Below are positions 45,498-54,417 of a DNA stretch of 64,000 nucleotides, in pieces. The notes below the pieces were generated by a model that saw nothing but the letters and a program-made list of their open reading frames with translations, had not been told where the DNA came from and searched no databases. The position numbers and the translations under genes were made by a program. Numbering within the stretch: position 1 is the stretch's first letter; the number at the start of each line of letters is the position of its first letter. Source of the stretch: a bacterium (GTDB lineage: Bacteria; Babelota; Babeliae; Babelales; UBA12409); contig JAKANL010000001.1 in assembly GCA_021823685.1 (NCBI GenBank), positions 38,831 to 102,830 of the forward strand. The letters are read 5' to 3'.

Positions 45498-45680
45498 GTC
45501 CCTTGGCCCTAACCGGGCGGGTGGAAAGAGCCTGCCGCCTGGCTCTTTCCAATCTCGGCGCCAAAGGAGGGCCTTTGGAAACCCTGCGCCTGCATGGCAC
45601 CCTCTCGCCTGCGAGTTCAAGATGAATGTTTAAACGAGCGGCTGCGGAGTGCAACAACAGGCGCGAATGCCTGGTTTTTT
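45498..45680. other. GC-rich structured insert (candidate ncRNA or repeat element)
   Basis: About 180 nt, visibly more GC-rich than its flanks. Perfect hairpins are GGAAAGAGCC(8 nt)GGCTCTTTCC at 45523..45550 and CCAAAGG-AGGG-CCTTTGG at 45561..45578. It ends in CAGGC-GCGAAT-GCCTG + GT6 on the + strand. Confidence 0.4.
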
Positions 45681-45719
45681 AGAAACTATCAAGATTAGGG
45701 CTGTAAAAGCGTGTGTTTT

Positions 45720-46289
45720 TTAGTGCAGGATATAGCAACTGGCGATGAAAATCGCGGTGAGGGCGGCGGCGATGTAGTTAAAATACCCGCGCAGGAGCTG
45801 TTGGACCTGAGCGCCAAAGCGGTTGGCAAAAAGCGCTATGCCAAAAAAACGAATCGAGCGGCCCATAATTGCGCTCAGAACAAAGGGAAGAAATGCGATG
45901 TGGCAGAACCCCGCGCTTAGGGTGAGTAATTTGTAAGGGAACGGGGTTAAACTTGCGATAAAGATTGCGCAGCCGCCGTGTTCTTGATATAAGCACATGA
46001 GCCGACTGAGTGTGCCATGAGGTGAAAGATGGTTGATAAACGATGTGCCGATATAACAAAGGAGTAGTGAACCGAGCCAATAGGCCAAAATACCGCCCAG
46101 CACTGAAGCGATTGTGGCGCCAAGGGCATAGCGGAGCGATTTTTTTGGTTGTTCCAGACAAAAAATGGTGAGAAGCGTACCTGCCGGCATAAAAATAACG
46201 GCCTCAACGAAAACGGCGACCAAAAAGAGCGGGAACGCCCACCGGTGATTGGTGTGTCCAGTTAACGCTCGATACATGCGCTGCATCAT
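45720..46289 (-). CDS. DedA/YqaA-family membrane protein
   Basis: 189 aa with 4-5 hydrophobic helices. The layout FPLFLVAVFVEAVIFMPAG...GRSIRFFGIALF is typical of the small YqaA/DedA family. Confidence 0.65.
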   Translation of the reverse strand: MMQRMYRALTGHTNHRWAFPLFLVAVFVEAVIFMPAGTLLTIFCLEQPKKSLRYALGATIASVLGGILAYWLGSLLLCYIGTSFINHLSPHGTLSRLMCLYQEHGGCAIFIASLTPFPYKLLTLSAGFCHIAFLPFVLSAIMGRSIRFFGIALFANRFGAQVQQLLRGYFNYIAAALTAIFIASCYILH

Positions 46290-46309
46290 AAAACCTCCAT
46301 GCCAGATTG

Positions 46310-47614
46310 TTATATTACTGCTGCGTTTTTGATTATTTCTTCGATGCGCTCGAGCGCAACGCGTTCTTGCTGCATACTATCGCGGTAACGCACGGTTACC
46401 GTATTGCTTGCCTGGCTTTCAAAATCATAGGTAAAGCAGAACGGCGTGCCAATTTCATCTTGGCGGCGATAGCGCTTGCCAATCGAGCCGGTCTGATCAA
46501 ATTGTACCGCATAACCCTTTTTCTTGAGTTCAAAATAGAGCTTGAGCATGGGCTTAGATAATTGCTTGCTCAGTGGTAAAAGTGCGGCGGTTACGGGCGC
46601 AATGGCTGGATGTAATTTTAAAACTACGCGCACATCGTCATCAACTTTTTCTTCGTTGTAGGCGTCGCACAAAAGCGCGAGCATGAGACGATCGCTACCC
46701 ACCGAACATTCAACGACATGCGGGGTATAGGATATCTGCGTTTCCTCGTCGAAAACCTTTAAATCTTTTTTAGATTGCGTTGCATGCTGCGTTAAATCAA
46801 AGTCACCGCGGTTGGCGATGCCTTCAAGCTCCTTCCAGCCAAACGGGAACTGGTATTCAACGTCCGTGCAGCCCTTGGAATAGTGCGCCAATTCTGTTTT
46901 TTCATGCGCGCGGAAGCGGATATTGACCATATTAAAGCCGAGCGCCTTGTAAAATGCTTGGCGTTGATCGAGCCAGTATTGAAACGCATCGCAGGCTTCT
47001 TCTGGCTTGCAGAGCCACTCCATCTCCATTTGCTCAAATTCGCGCGTTCTGAACAAAAATTGTTTTGGCGTAATTTCGTTACGAAATGCTTTGCCAACTT
47101 GTGCGATACCAAAAGGGATTTTAACGCGATTGGATGACATAACGTTTTTTACGTTAATAAAAATCGATTGTGCGGTTTCTGGTCGTAAATACGCTATGGA
47201 TGACTCATCGCTGACGGCGCCAACCTGTGTTTTGAACATGAGGTTAAATTCGCGGGGGGCCGTCCACTCTTTTTTGCCGCACGAAGGGCACGGTTCATCT
47301 AAACTTAATTCGTCGGCTCGATAACGCTTTTTACAGTTCATGCAATCGACCATCGGATCGTGGAAATTATCGATATGCCCTGACGCTTTCCAGACGGCTG
47401 GACCACCGAGAATTGACCCCTCAAAAAAGACGACGTCTCGTTCGGTTGCATTAAGGCTCTTTTTCCAAAAATTTCTGATATTGGTTTTCATGAGGCTTCC
47501 CAGTGGCCCAAAATCATAGACGCCATTGAGGCCGCCATAGATTTCCGACGATGGGTATACAAAACCGCAACGTTTGCACAGTGCGCTTATTTTTTCCAGG
47601 GTAACCACGGGCAT
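46310..47614 (-). CDS. glyQS: glycine--tRNA ligase (dimeric class II type)
   Basis: N-terminus ...CKRCGFVYPSSEIYGGLNGVYDFGPLGSLMK, class II motifs FRNEITP and SVGSDRLMLAL, and an anticodon-binding C-terminus. Confidence 0.92.
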   Translation of the reverse strand: MPVVTLEKISALCKRCGFVYPSSEIYGGLNGVYDFGPLGSLMKTNIRNFWKKSLNATERDVVFFEGSILGGPAVWKASGHIDNFHDPMVDCMNCKKRYRADELSLDEPCPSCGKKEWTAPREFNLMFKTQVGAVSDESSIAYLRPETAQSIFINVKNVMSSNRVKIPFGIAQVGKAFRNEITPKQFLFRTREFEQMEMEWLCKPEEACDAFQYWLDQRQAFYKALGFNMVNIRFRAHEKTELAHYSKGCTDVEYQFPFGWKELEGIANRGDFDLTQHATQSKKDLKVFDEETQISYTPHVVECSVGSDRLMLALLCDAYNEEKVDDDVRVVLKLHPAIAPVTAALLPLSKQLSKPMLKLYFELKKKGYAVQFDQTGSIGKRYRRQDEIGTPFCFTYDFESQASNTVTVRYRDSMQQERVALERIEEIIKNAAVI

Positions 47615-47690
47615 CCTTTTTGCTTTGGATCTTTAGATTCAAAAAGCTCTCTGATACCCTCATTATACGCTAAAAACGCGTTTTTGCCAA

Positions 47691-47785
47691 CCCTGTCTAC
47701 GCCTCGTGGGCGCTCTATCCTCCTGCGGAGGACCGTCGAAGAACCTCTCGGCTTCCAGCCTTCGCTGGCGCTACGCTTGTGCGTA
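47691..47785. repeat. GC-rich modular intergenic repeat (copy b)
   Basis: Contains CGGCTTCCAGCCTTCGCT (47749..47766), the exact reverse complement of 52288..52305, and a GACCGTCGAAGAAC module related to 50385..50400. Confidence 0.7.
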
Positions 47786-47883
47786 TTAGATGATACTGTT
47801 TAGCTGATTTTGTGCATGACAATCATGATCTAATCGGGTAAACTATGCGATGTAATCGATTTTTTGGTTAGAGAAAGTAGTGC

Positions 47884-49587
47884 ATGAATAATAAAGAAGC
47901 GTGGATTTATCGTATTGTTCTTGGTTTTTTATGTTTTTGTCTTATTGCTGTGGGTGTGGGGCTTTATGTCTTTTACGTGCATCAGCAGGCGTTAGAAGCG
48001 CTTTTGGGCAATCTTAAAACTTCCGAGCTTTGCCAATCCAAAACGGCCCAGTGTGGTCCATGCAGTGTAATTATTGATCGAGCTCGTCCATGGGCGCGCA
48101 TGCAACAAAAAGTCAAAAATACCGTTGTGCAGGTGATTGTGCAGGCGGCACAGTTTAATTGGCTTGAACCCTATGCAACGCCTGAGCAGGGTGAAGTTGC
48201 CGGAAGCGGTTTTTTCATTAATGATCGCGGCCATTTTATTACCAATGCGCATGTGGTTTCGCAGGGAAAAGCATTTGCGATTCAGGTGCCTGGATTAGGC
48301 AAAGAGCGGCTTGATGTGAGCGTTGTTGGCGTGTGCTTTGATCGCGATATTGCGTTGATGAAAGTGAGCGATGATGGCTTGGCCATGATGCGCAAAGAAT
48401 TTGGGAAGCTTTCGTACTTGAGGTTAGGTGACTCAAACACGGTCAATCGTGGTGATGAAATTATGGCGCTTGGCTACCCGCTTGGCCAAGAGGGGATTAA
48501 GAGCACCGTTGGCGTGGTGAGCGGACGTGAAAATATGGATCATCGCCAGTATATTCAGATTGATGCAGCGATTAATCCTGGCAGTTCTGGTGGGCCATCG
48601 CTCAATTTGGCGGGATATGTTATTGGGATTAACACGGCTGGTGTTGTTGGTGCACAAAATGTCGGGTACATTATACCGGCCAATGAGCTTAAACTGGTAT
48701 TGGACGACCTGTTTGAACGTGGACACACGACGTCAAAAATTGTGCGCAAGCCACTTTTGGGTATCGTCTACAACCAATCAAGCCCGGCGATGGCGCAATA
48801 TTTGGGCAACGCACACACCGGAGGGGTCTACATATCCAGTGTTTTCAAAGGCAGTGTTTTTGACCGCGCCGGCGTCAAGAAGGGTGATATGCTTTGTGAA
48901 ATTAACGGGCATGCCATTAATTCATATGGTGAGCTCAAAGTTGATTGGTCAGAAGAGAAAATTCCGCTGGAAAATTACGCCTTTTACTTAAAGACCGGTG
49001 CTCCGGTAAGCGTTGTGTTGTATCGTGGGGGGAAACGCGTCGATTTGCACGTTACCTTTAACGATGACAGTTTGCCGCCCGTGCGTATGAAATACCCCGA
49101 ATATGAAGACATTGAATACGAAGTGATAGGCGGATTGGTGTTGATGGAGTTAGCCAGCAATCATCTTCCGTTGTTGCTGGAGCGGGTTCCTTCGTTGATT
49201 AGCTACGGTCATCCTAAAAATCACTACAAGCCTGCTATTGTGGTAACGCATGTTATCCCTGATTCCTGTGCGCAACGAGCGCGTGTCATTTATCCGGGGC
49301 GGCGCTTGAAAGAGCTTAACGGGGTAAAAATCCATGATCTTGACGATGTACGTATCGCGTTGCAAAAAAGTGTAAAAACCGGGTTTGTGCATGTGCGGTG
49401 TGATGACGGCAATGTTGCCGTATTTTCGCTGGCACAAGTATTACTCGATGAACCACGGCTGTCACAGATTTACCGTTATCCTATATCGCAAAGTATTATT
49501 AGTTTAATGCCAACGGCGTATGATCATGAACAAAAAAAGACTCGACTTATTGGTCCATTCTCGTTTGCCCCATCTCAGCCGCACTAA
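47884..49587 (+). CDS. HtrA/DegP-like trypsin-fold serine protease with PDZ region
   Basis: N-terminal TM IVLGFLCFCLIAVGVGLYVF. Catalytic triad context is TNAHVV (His), DIALMKV (Asp) and NPGSSGGPSLN (Ser). A PDZ-like region (GGVYISSV...GDMLCEINGHAI) follows. Confidence 0.85.
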   Translation: MNNKEAWIYRIVLGFLCFCLIAVGVGLYVFYVHQQALEALLGNLKTSELCQSKTAQCGPCSVIIDRARPWARMQQKVKNTVVQVIVQAAQFNWLEPYATPEQGEVAGSGFFINDRGHFITNAHVVSQGKAFAIQVPGLGKERLDVSVVGVCFDRDIALMKVSDDGLAMMRKEFGKLSYLRLGDSNTVNRGDEIMALGYPLGQEGIKSTVGVVSGRENMDHRQYIQIDAAINPGSSGGPSLNLAGYVIGINTAGVVGAQNVGYIIPANELKLVLDDLFERGHTTSKIVRKPLLGIVYNQSSPAMAQYLGNAHTGGVYISSVFKGSVFDRAGVKKGDMLCEINGHAINSYGELKVDWSEEKIPLENYAFYLKTGAPVSVVLYRGGKRVDLHVTFNDDSLPPVRMKYPEYEDIEYEVIGGLVLMELASNHLPLLLERVPSLISYGHPKNHYKPAIVVTHVIPDSCAQRARVIYPGRRLKELNGVKIHDLDDVRIALQKSVKTGFVHVRCDDGNVAVFSLAQVLLDEPRLSQIYRYPISQSIISLMPTAYDHEQKKTRLIGPFSFAPSQPH

Positions 49588-50254
49588 AATTGCTAGCCTG
49601 ATTATGCAAGGCAGGGTAACGGTTGAAGGTGCCGTTGCGACCAAAGCTGGTGCGTTGGTTGTTGAAGATGCGCATATTGTGGTTGATGAGTCAGCCGATC
49701 GCTTTGTGAGCCGCGCTGGCTATAAGCTCGAGCATGCGCTGGTGCATTTTGCCATCGATGTGCACGGGCTGATAGCCCTTGATGCAGGACTTTCAACGGG
49801 TGGCTTCACTGACTGTTTATTGCAACGGGGAGCCAAGCATGTGTACGGCGCTGACGTTGGTTACGGGCTGGTACACGAAAAAATACGCAGTGACGAGCGC
49901 GTAACGGTTATTGAACGTACGAACATTCGTTATCTACGCCAGCTGCCTGAACTCGTTGATCTGGTAACGCTCGATTTATCATTTATTTCGGTGCTCAAAG
50001 TCTTGCCCAACATTCTTACTTTGATGAAAAGACACGCACAATTGGTTGTGCTCATTAAGCCGCAATTTGAAGCTGAGCGGCATGAGGTACGTGCTGGCGG
50101 TCTGATTATCGATCCTGCTGTTCATGAAGCGGTGATTGAAAAAGTAACGTCTGGTATCCAGTCTCTTGGCTTTACGTATAAAGGCGTTACTCCCTCGCCC
50201 ATTTTGGGGGCAACAGGCAACCAAGAATTTTTGGCCTATTTTGTGCGTGATTGA
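49526..50254 (+). CDS. tlyA: TlyA-family rRNA 2'-O-methyltransferase
   Basis: S4-like N-terminus MNKKRLDLLVHSRL..SRTKIASLIMQGRV, then FVSRAGYKLEHAL and DAGLSTGGFTDCLLQRGAKHVYGADVG. Confidence 0.88.
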   Translation: MNKKRLDLLVHSRLPHLSRTKIASLIMQGRVTVEGAVATKAGALVVEDAHIVVDESADRFVSRAGYKLEHALVHFAIDVHGLIALDAGLSTGGFTDCLLQRGAKHVYGADVGYGLVHEKIRSDERVTVIERTNIRYLRQLPELVDLVTLDLSFISVLKVLPNILTLMKRHAQLVVLIKPQFEAERHEVRAGGLIIDPAVHEAVIEKVTSGIQSLGFTYKGVTPSPILGATGNQEFLAYFVRD

Positions 50255-50257
50255 ATT

Positions 50258-50600
50258 CTACCGCCTTCCGCTCACCCTGAGTTTATCGAAGGGTGCGCTT
50301 GGCGACGGCGGGAGTTTATCTGTCTTCGCCTACGCAGGTATGTCATTGGTGTTGAACTAGGCTACGAACGGCCGCGGCCCATCTGAGCCGGTCGAAGGGC
50401 GTTTCCCATTCTTTCCACACCAGTCAAACACGACATTCTTCGACAAGCTCCCAGCCTTCGCGTGAAGCTTCGGCGGGCAGGCAGAATGAGCGGGGTGTGG
50501 TGGCTTAGAATGAGCCGGTGCGGCTCGGCATGAGCCCGGGGGATTTTCTTTACTTTCGCGAACCGCCACGCGTACGCTGGGGGCAGAAATTGAAAGGATT
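50258..50600. repeat. GC-rich modular intergenic repeat cluster (copy c)
   Basis: Modules are CTGAGTTTATCGAAGGG and CTGAGCCGGTCGAAGGG, CGCCTACGCAGGTATGTC (50327..50344), CATTCTTCGACAAGCTCCCAGCC (50434..50456) and three subrepeats AGAATGAGC(C)GG about 23 nt apart. The track ORFs here are translation artefacts. Confidence 0.75.
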
Positions 50601-50604
50601 GGGT

Positions 50605-51846
50605 ATGCGTACAAAAATTTTAATCGTTCTTGCGTTGGGCATTGCCATAAATACACAGGCCAACGATATCGAAACAAATAAGGCGCTGGCTGATCATATT
50701 AAAAGTGGTTCGCTTACACTGGCGTGGCTTGATAAACAGCAATTTACTCATGATCAACTTAACACACCCATTGAACGTGGGCTTACACCGCTTGGATTGG
50801 CCATTGAGCAAGATATGCCGCAAGCAATTGATTATTTAATAGCCGCGGGCGCCAATGTGCATACGATGACCAATGGGTTAACCCCGCTTGAATTTGCCGC
50901 GCACCGTTCGTATGTTTTACTTATGCAGCAGCTCATGATTGCCGGTGCGCAACTGACGGTTCCGCTGTGTCGCCGTGCTCCCGAGCTGTATCCGGTTTTT
51001 TACTATTTATTACGCATTTTTAAACCAATTAAATTTGGCAATCAGTACGATGGTGACAATTGTTTCGGGTTGACCCGTGCGCGTGTTGATGAATGTTTGG
51101 ATAATATGCTCTTGCATGTTATTGACGATCGCGAGTTGGTCCAGTTGCTTGAGATGGGCGCACATGTTGAGTTTCGCGATGAACTGGGCAAAACCGCGCT
51201 TGATTATGCCGTTGAAAATTGTCATTGGAAAATTGCAGCAATTTTGCTAGGGCATGGATCTCCGGAAGCGCGCAATTATGCACTGTCTGGCGCTTGTAAG
51301 GAGCTTGGACAGGCGACGACGCTTGAACGAACGTTTGCCTGTGCGAATACCGCTCAGTTATTGCGTCAGCGGGTACCTGTTGATAGTGTTTATCGCGAAT
51401 TGTTAGTGCATATACAACATAAAACGCTGACGCCGGAATTTTTGGGTACATATTTTGTTGGGCTTAATCGGCTGAATATTAACCGTACCTATTCGTCACA
51501 TGGCGGGGCGGACGCGCTCTTTTTTGCCGTGCAAGCCGGCGACTATGACACGATCTTGTGGCTTTTGGTATATGGTGCTCGTCCGCATCTTAAGGCGCTT
51601 GCATGGGCGCTTGAACATAGCCCAAAGCGCATTGTTCGACTGCTCGTATCGCGCGGTGCACGATTGTTCCGCATCAAAGATTTCCTTACGCGTGTTATCA
51701 TGCACAATCCGGACGCGTGTGAGATTGTTGCATGGTTAGCGCCGTTGGTTGGTCGGCAACAACGCAACCAGGCATTACGATTAGCCAAACAGCGCGGGTG
51801 TTTGGAAATGGTCGAAGCGCTTGAAAATGCGGGTGCACACGCATAA
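50605..51846 (+). CDS. secreted ankyrin-repeat protein
   Basis: GAAAGGA RBS then ATG 50605. Signal peptide MRTKILIVLALGIAINTQA. ANK units include GLTPLGLAIEQDMPQAIDYLIAAGANV, GLTPLEFAAHRSY..LMIAGAQL and GKTALDYAVENCHWKIAAILLGHG. Confidence 0.85.
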   Translation: MRTKILIVLALGIAINTQANDIETNKALADHIKSGSLTLAWLDKQQFTHDQLNTPIERGLTPLGLAIEQDMPQAIDYLIAAGANVHTMTNGLTPLEFAAHRSYVLLMQQLMIAGAQLTVPLCRRAPELYPVFYYLLRIFKPIKFGNQYDGDNCFGLTRARVDECLDNMLLHVIDDRELVQLLEMGAHVEFRDELGKTALDYAVENCHWKIAAILLGHGSPEARNYALSGACKELGQATTLERTFACANTAQLLRQRVPVDSVYRELLVHIQHKTLTPEFLGTYFVGLNRLNINRTYSSHGGADALFFAVQAGDYDTILWLLVYGARPHLKALAWALEHSPKRIVRLLVSRGARLFRIKDFLTRVIMHNPDACEIVAWLAPLVGRQQRNQALRLAKQRGCLEMVEALENAGAHA

Positions 51847-51895
51847 CCGCATTGTAACTTTTTGCATGTTCATAGTATACTTGAAAAGTAACGCT

Positions 51896-51972
<77 letters not shown>

Positions 51973-52030
51973 GTTTTCGCTTACGCAGGTATGTCTTCGA
52001 AGAAATGCTAAGCTACGACGGGCTGGCGCA
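51973..52030. repeat. GC-rich modular repeat (copy d) abutting the tRNA-Arg(UCG) 3' end
   Basis: CGCTTACGCAGGTATGTC (51978..51995) matches 50327..50344 at 17/18. It ends CTACGACGGGCTGG+CGCACTCT, which resembles the end of copy e plus a tRNA 3'-end fragment. Confidence 0.7.
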
Positions 52031-52144
52031 CTCTACTGATTCCTTATCAGTGTCCGTGATAATGTTTTTAAGCCTGCCAGTCTTTTCCAACTTTTCGTCA
52101 GCGGTCGAATTCTTTGGTAATATAATCTTATATGATTGCGTGAT

Positions 52145-52218
52145 GCGCCCGTAGCTCAGTTGGATAGAGCGACAGATTCCTAATCTGTAGGCCGCAGGTT
52201 CGATCCCTGTCGGGCGCA
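52145..52218 (+). tRNA. tRNA-Arg (anticodon CCU), no encoded CCA
   Basis: GCGCCCG-TA-GCTC-AGTTGGATA-GAGC-G-ACAGA-TTCCTAA-TCTGT-AGGCC-GCAGG-TTCGATC-CCTGT-CGGGCGC-A. The acceptor stem is identical to the upstream tRNA-Arg. Confidence 0.9.
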
Positions 52219-52336
52219 CTCTTTTCGCAGGACTGCGAGAGAGCGCTAGGCTGTGACCGTACCCGCCATCCTGTCCGCCGTAGCTTTAGCGAAGGCTGGA
52301 AGCCGGGGCGACGGCTGGGTCGGGCGCACTCTTTTC
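52209..52336. repeat. 18-bp direct repeat of the tRNA-Arg(CCU) 3' end flanking a 92-bp GC-rich element (copy e)
   Basis: GTCGGGCGCACTCTTTTC occurs at 52209..52226 (tRNA 3' end plus trailer) and again at 52319..52336. The 92 bp between them contain AGCGAAGGCTGGAAGCCG (52288..52305). Confidence 0.85.
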
Positions 52337-52348
52337 TTAGGGATTTTT

Positions 52349-53119
52349 ATGAACCAATTAACAAAAATGTTCGTTATAGCGGTGCTCGTTACGCAAACAA
52401 TGCTGGCTATGGATCAAGCGAGTAATTCGGTACCTGGCTTGGCGGGGTCGGCGACGCCTGAAAGCATCGCTCCAGAAAGCGATGGCGTGGCGGTTACATC
52501 TGCGCTGAAAATAACGCACATTGATCAAGTTTCCGGACTTTGTGCTGCGTTTATGCGGCAATTGGCCGCGCAGACTAAAGATCCTTTATTCAGTGTTAGC
52601 GTAGTTGATGGGGATCTGTGCAGCTTTATGGCAGAAAATGCCGAAGAGGCCTTTGGGCTACAAAATTGGCGCGTGGAATGTCGTGATTATTTTCCATCAT
52701 TGTGCGTGAAGCGGTTCGATATAAAAAAGTTGCGGTGTGAATTGCGATTGGCGGCCGATAATGCATTTAAGCCGTGTTCCCTTGATCAATTACAATCGGC
52801 TTATGCGCGAGTTATGCAAAGACTCAAAAGTGATTGGGTGTTTGCGGGGCGGCAGGCGTGTTCGGTCAATTTACTCTTTGGACCCGCGCCGGAGTGCCTT
52901 CGCTTTGTGAAAAATAGTACGCTTATCGAGGAGGCTAAGGCTATACGAATTTTGGTGAGTAAATTGGGCATGGGAAAAGACGTGCAGTGTTTTTCTTACC
53001 CGCTTGAAGCAAAAATGGACTACACGTATGGATATTGTGATCGGATTTTTGTGTGGGTACGTGAGGATGCCTTTGAAGCTTTCCAAAAAGCTTTTGGCCT
53101 AGATATAACGTGGTCGTAA
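52349..53119 (+). CDS. hypothetical secreted protein
   Basis: ATG 52349 gives MNQLTKMFVIAVLVTQTMLA, a signal peptide. The ORF opens at 52253 inside the repeat element. No motif recognised. Confidence 0.6.
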   Translation: MNQLTKMFVIAVLVTQTMLAMDQASNSVPGLAGSATPESIAPESDGVAVTSALKITHIDQVSGLCAAFMRQLAAQTKDPLFSVSVVDGDLCSFMAENAEEAFGLQNWRVECRDYFPSLCVKRFDIKKLRCELRLAADNAFKPCSLDQLQSAYARVMQRLKSDWVFAGRQACSVNLLFGPAPECLRFVKNSTLIEEAKAIRILVSKLGMGKDVQCFSYPLEAKMDYTYGYCDRIFVWVREDAFEAFQKAFGLDITWS

Positions 53120-53296
53120 AATAAGCTTCTTGAAGAAACCAGGGCGTTGGTTACGACGCCGTTTTCTTGATCAGTTCTTCGTCTAGGAACGATCACGGTG
53201 CAGGACGGTGTTATTTGTGCGCATGTGTCGATTGAGAGCTTTTTCTCTGGCGCAATTTCAGATTGCAATTTTATGCTTTTCTGCTATACTTAAAAT

Positions 53297-54397
53297 ATGA
53301 TCAAAATGGAGGCTTCTATGGTTAATTTTTCAAAAAAATTAATGATGGCGGTAATGTTTTTGGCTGTATCAGCGCATGGCATGAGTAGCGTTGATTCAGG
53401 AATTGCTGAGGTACTTGCAGCTGCCGAAGAAAACTGTACGTACATGTCACCTTCGACGCAGGCTGTTGTTTCGGGTGTTCCTGCCGTTGATTCTGCAGTT
53501 TCTACAGGCATTTTTTCTCGTGTGTGGCGAGCAATGCCCAAAAAGACGATTTTAGGGGGGCTTGTAGTTTTCGCTGCGTATAAGTGGTTTATTCCGGATA
53601 AATTTAAAATGAATGCGTTAGCCAGGTCGCTGGATGCTCCGTGGCTGCGTTCGAATAATCCCCCAGATAAAATATATTTATGGGCGCTGGAAGATTATCC
53701 GCGGTTTACTCCAGAAAATACCGTTAATGCGCTGAAAGCACTTAATGCGCGTGTTGGCGGACACCGTGTTTTTGATGCTCGCGGTGCGCTTGTACGCGAT
53801 GCCAATCGTAATGAAGTACGTGTAGAATTCAGAGTCCATGAAAATAGCGTTGAAATCCAGAAACGCACGCAACATATTTTGCTTGATGTTATCGATGGTG
53901 AGATGAACGAAGTTAATGCGGCCATGGATAGTGTATGCTATTTGAGCACGGGTAGCGCATTGAGCAAAGTTAACGTGTGTTGCGACGTTGTTTTTGGTGC
54001 ACCACTTTTTGAATGTTATGCCGGATGGCTGAGTGAGAAATTTATTGTGAGCGATGTTCTTGGGTTTGAGCCGCCACACAATTCGCGCGAAGCCGTGGTA
54101 AATGCGTTTTTGCGTGAGCTTGGCGAAAGAGGTTTTCGTGAAATATGCGCTCGTACTGACGCACGTGCCATTGAATTCAAGAATCTTGATCATTCACGTA
54201 TGCCCGCCTGGATCGCGACGATGGTTCCGGGGTCTCGCCGTCTAACTGCCAATCAGGTGCTTAAAGTAAATGTATATGTGCTTGGTGCGTTACGCCTTGC
54301 GCGTTTGAAACAGGTACGTGATCTTATCGCCAATGCGGTGACGTATGGTGATGAGACATTTCCTCACGGACGTTTTGCGCTTGAATGGGTTGTGTAA
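53297..54397 (+). CDS. hypothetical secreted/membrane protein
   Basis: Signal-like LMMAVMFLAVSAHG and a second hydrophobic segment ILGGLVVFAAYKWF. No motif recognised. Confidence 0.6.
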   Translation: MIKMEASMVNFSKKLMMAVMFLAVSAHGMSSVDSGIAEVLAAAEENCTYMSPSTQAVVSGVPAVDSAVSTGIFSRVWRAMPKKTILGGLVVFAAYKWFIPDKFKMNALARSLDAPWLRSNNPPDKIYLWALEDYPRFTPENTVNALKALNARVGGHRVFDARGALVRDANRNEVRVEFRVHENSVEIQKRTQHILLDVIDGEMNEVNAAMDSVCYLSTGSALSKVNVCCDVVFGAPLFECYAGWLSEKFIVSDVLGFEPPHNSREAVVNAFLRELGERGFREICARTDARAIEFKNLDHSRMPAWIATMVPGSRRLTANQVLKVNVYVLGALRLARLKQVRDLIANAVTYGDETFPHGRFALEWVV

Positions 54398-54417
54398 TAC
54401 TAAAAGTAAAAGATACA

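Noticed and set aside
45498-45680. Possibility that the structured GC-rich insert is SRP RNA, tmRNA, RNase P RNA or 6S RNA
   Set aside because: I found none of the expected signatures: no GGAAGG/AGCA domain IV motif, no tRNA-like CCA end, and no GAGGAAAGTCC motif. It is left as an unclassified candidate.
45396-50677. ORFs 45396..45620, 45466..45657, 50166..50360 and 50357..50677 over GC-rich intergenic DNA
   Set aside because: They consist of repeat-element translations (LSLSKG, AYAGMS, PSTGS-type strings). They have no RBS and overlap the repeat modules on either strand, so they are called as repeats rather than genes.
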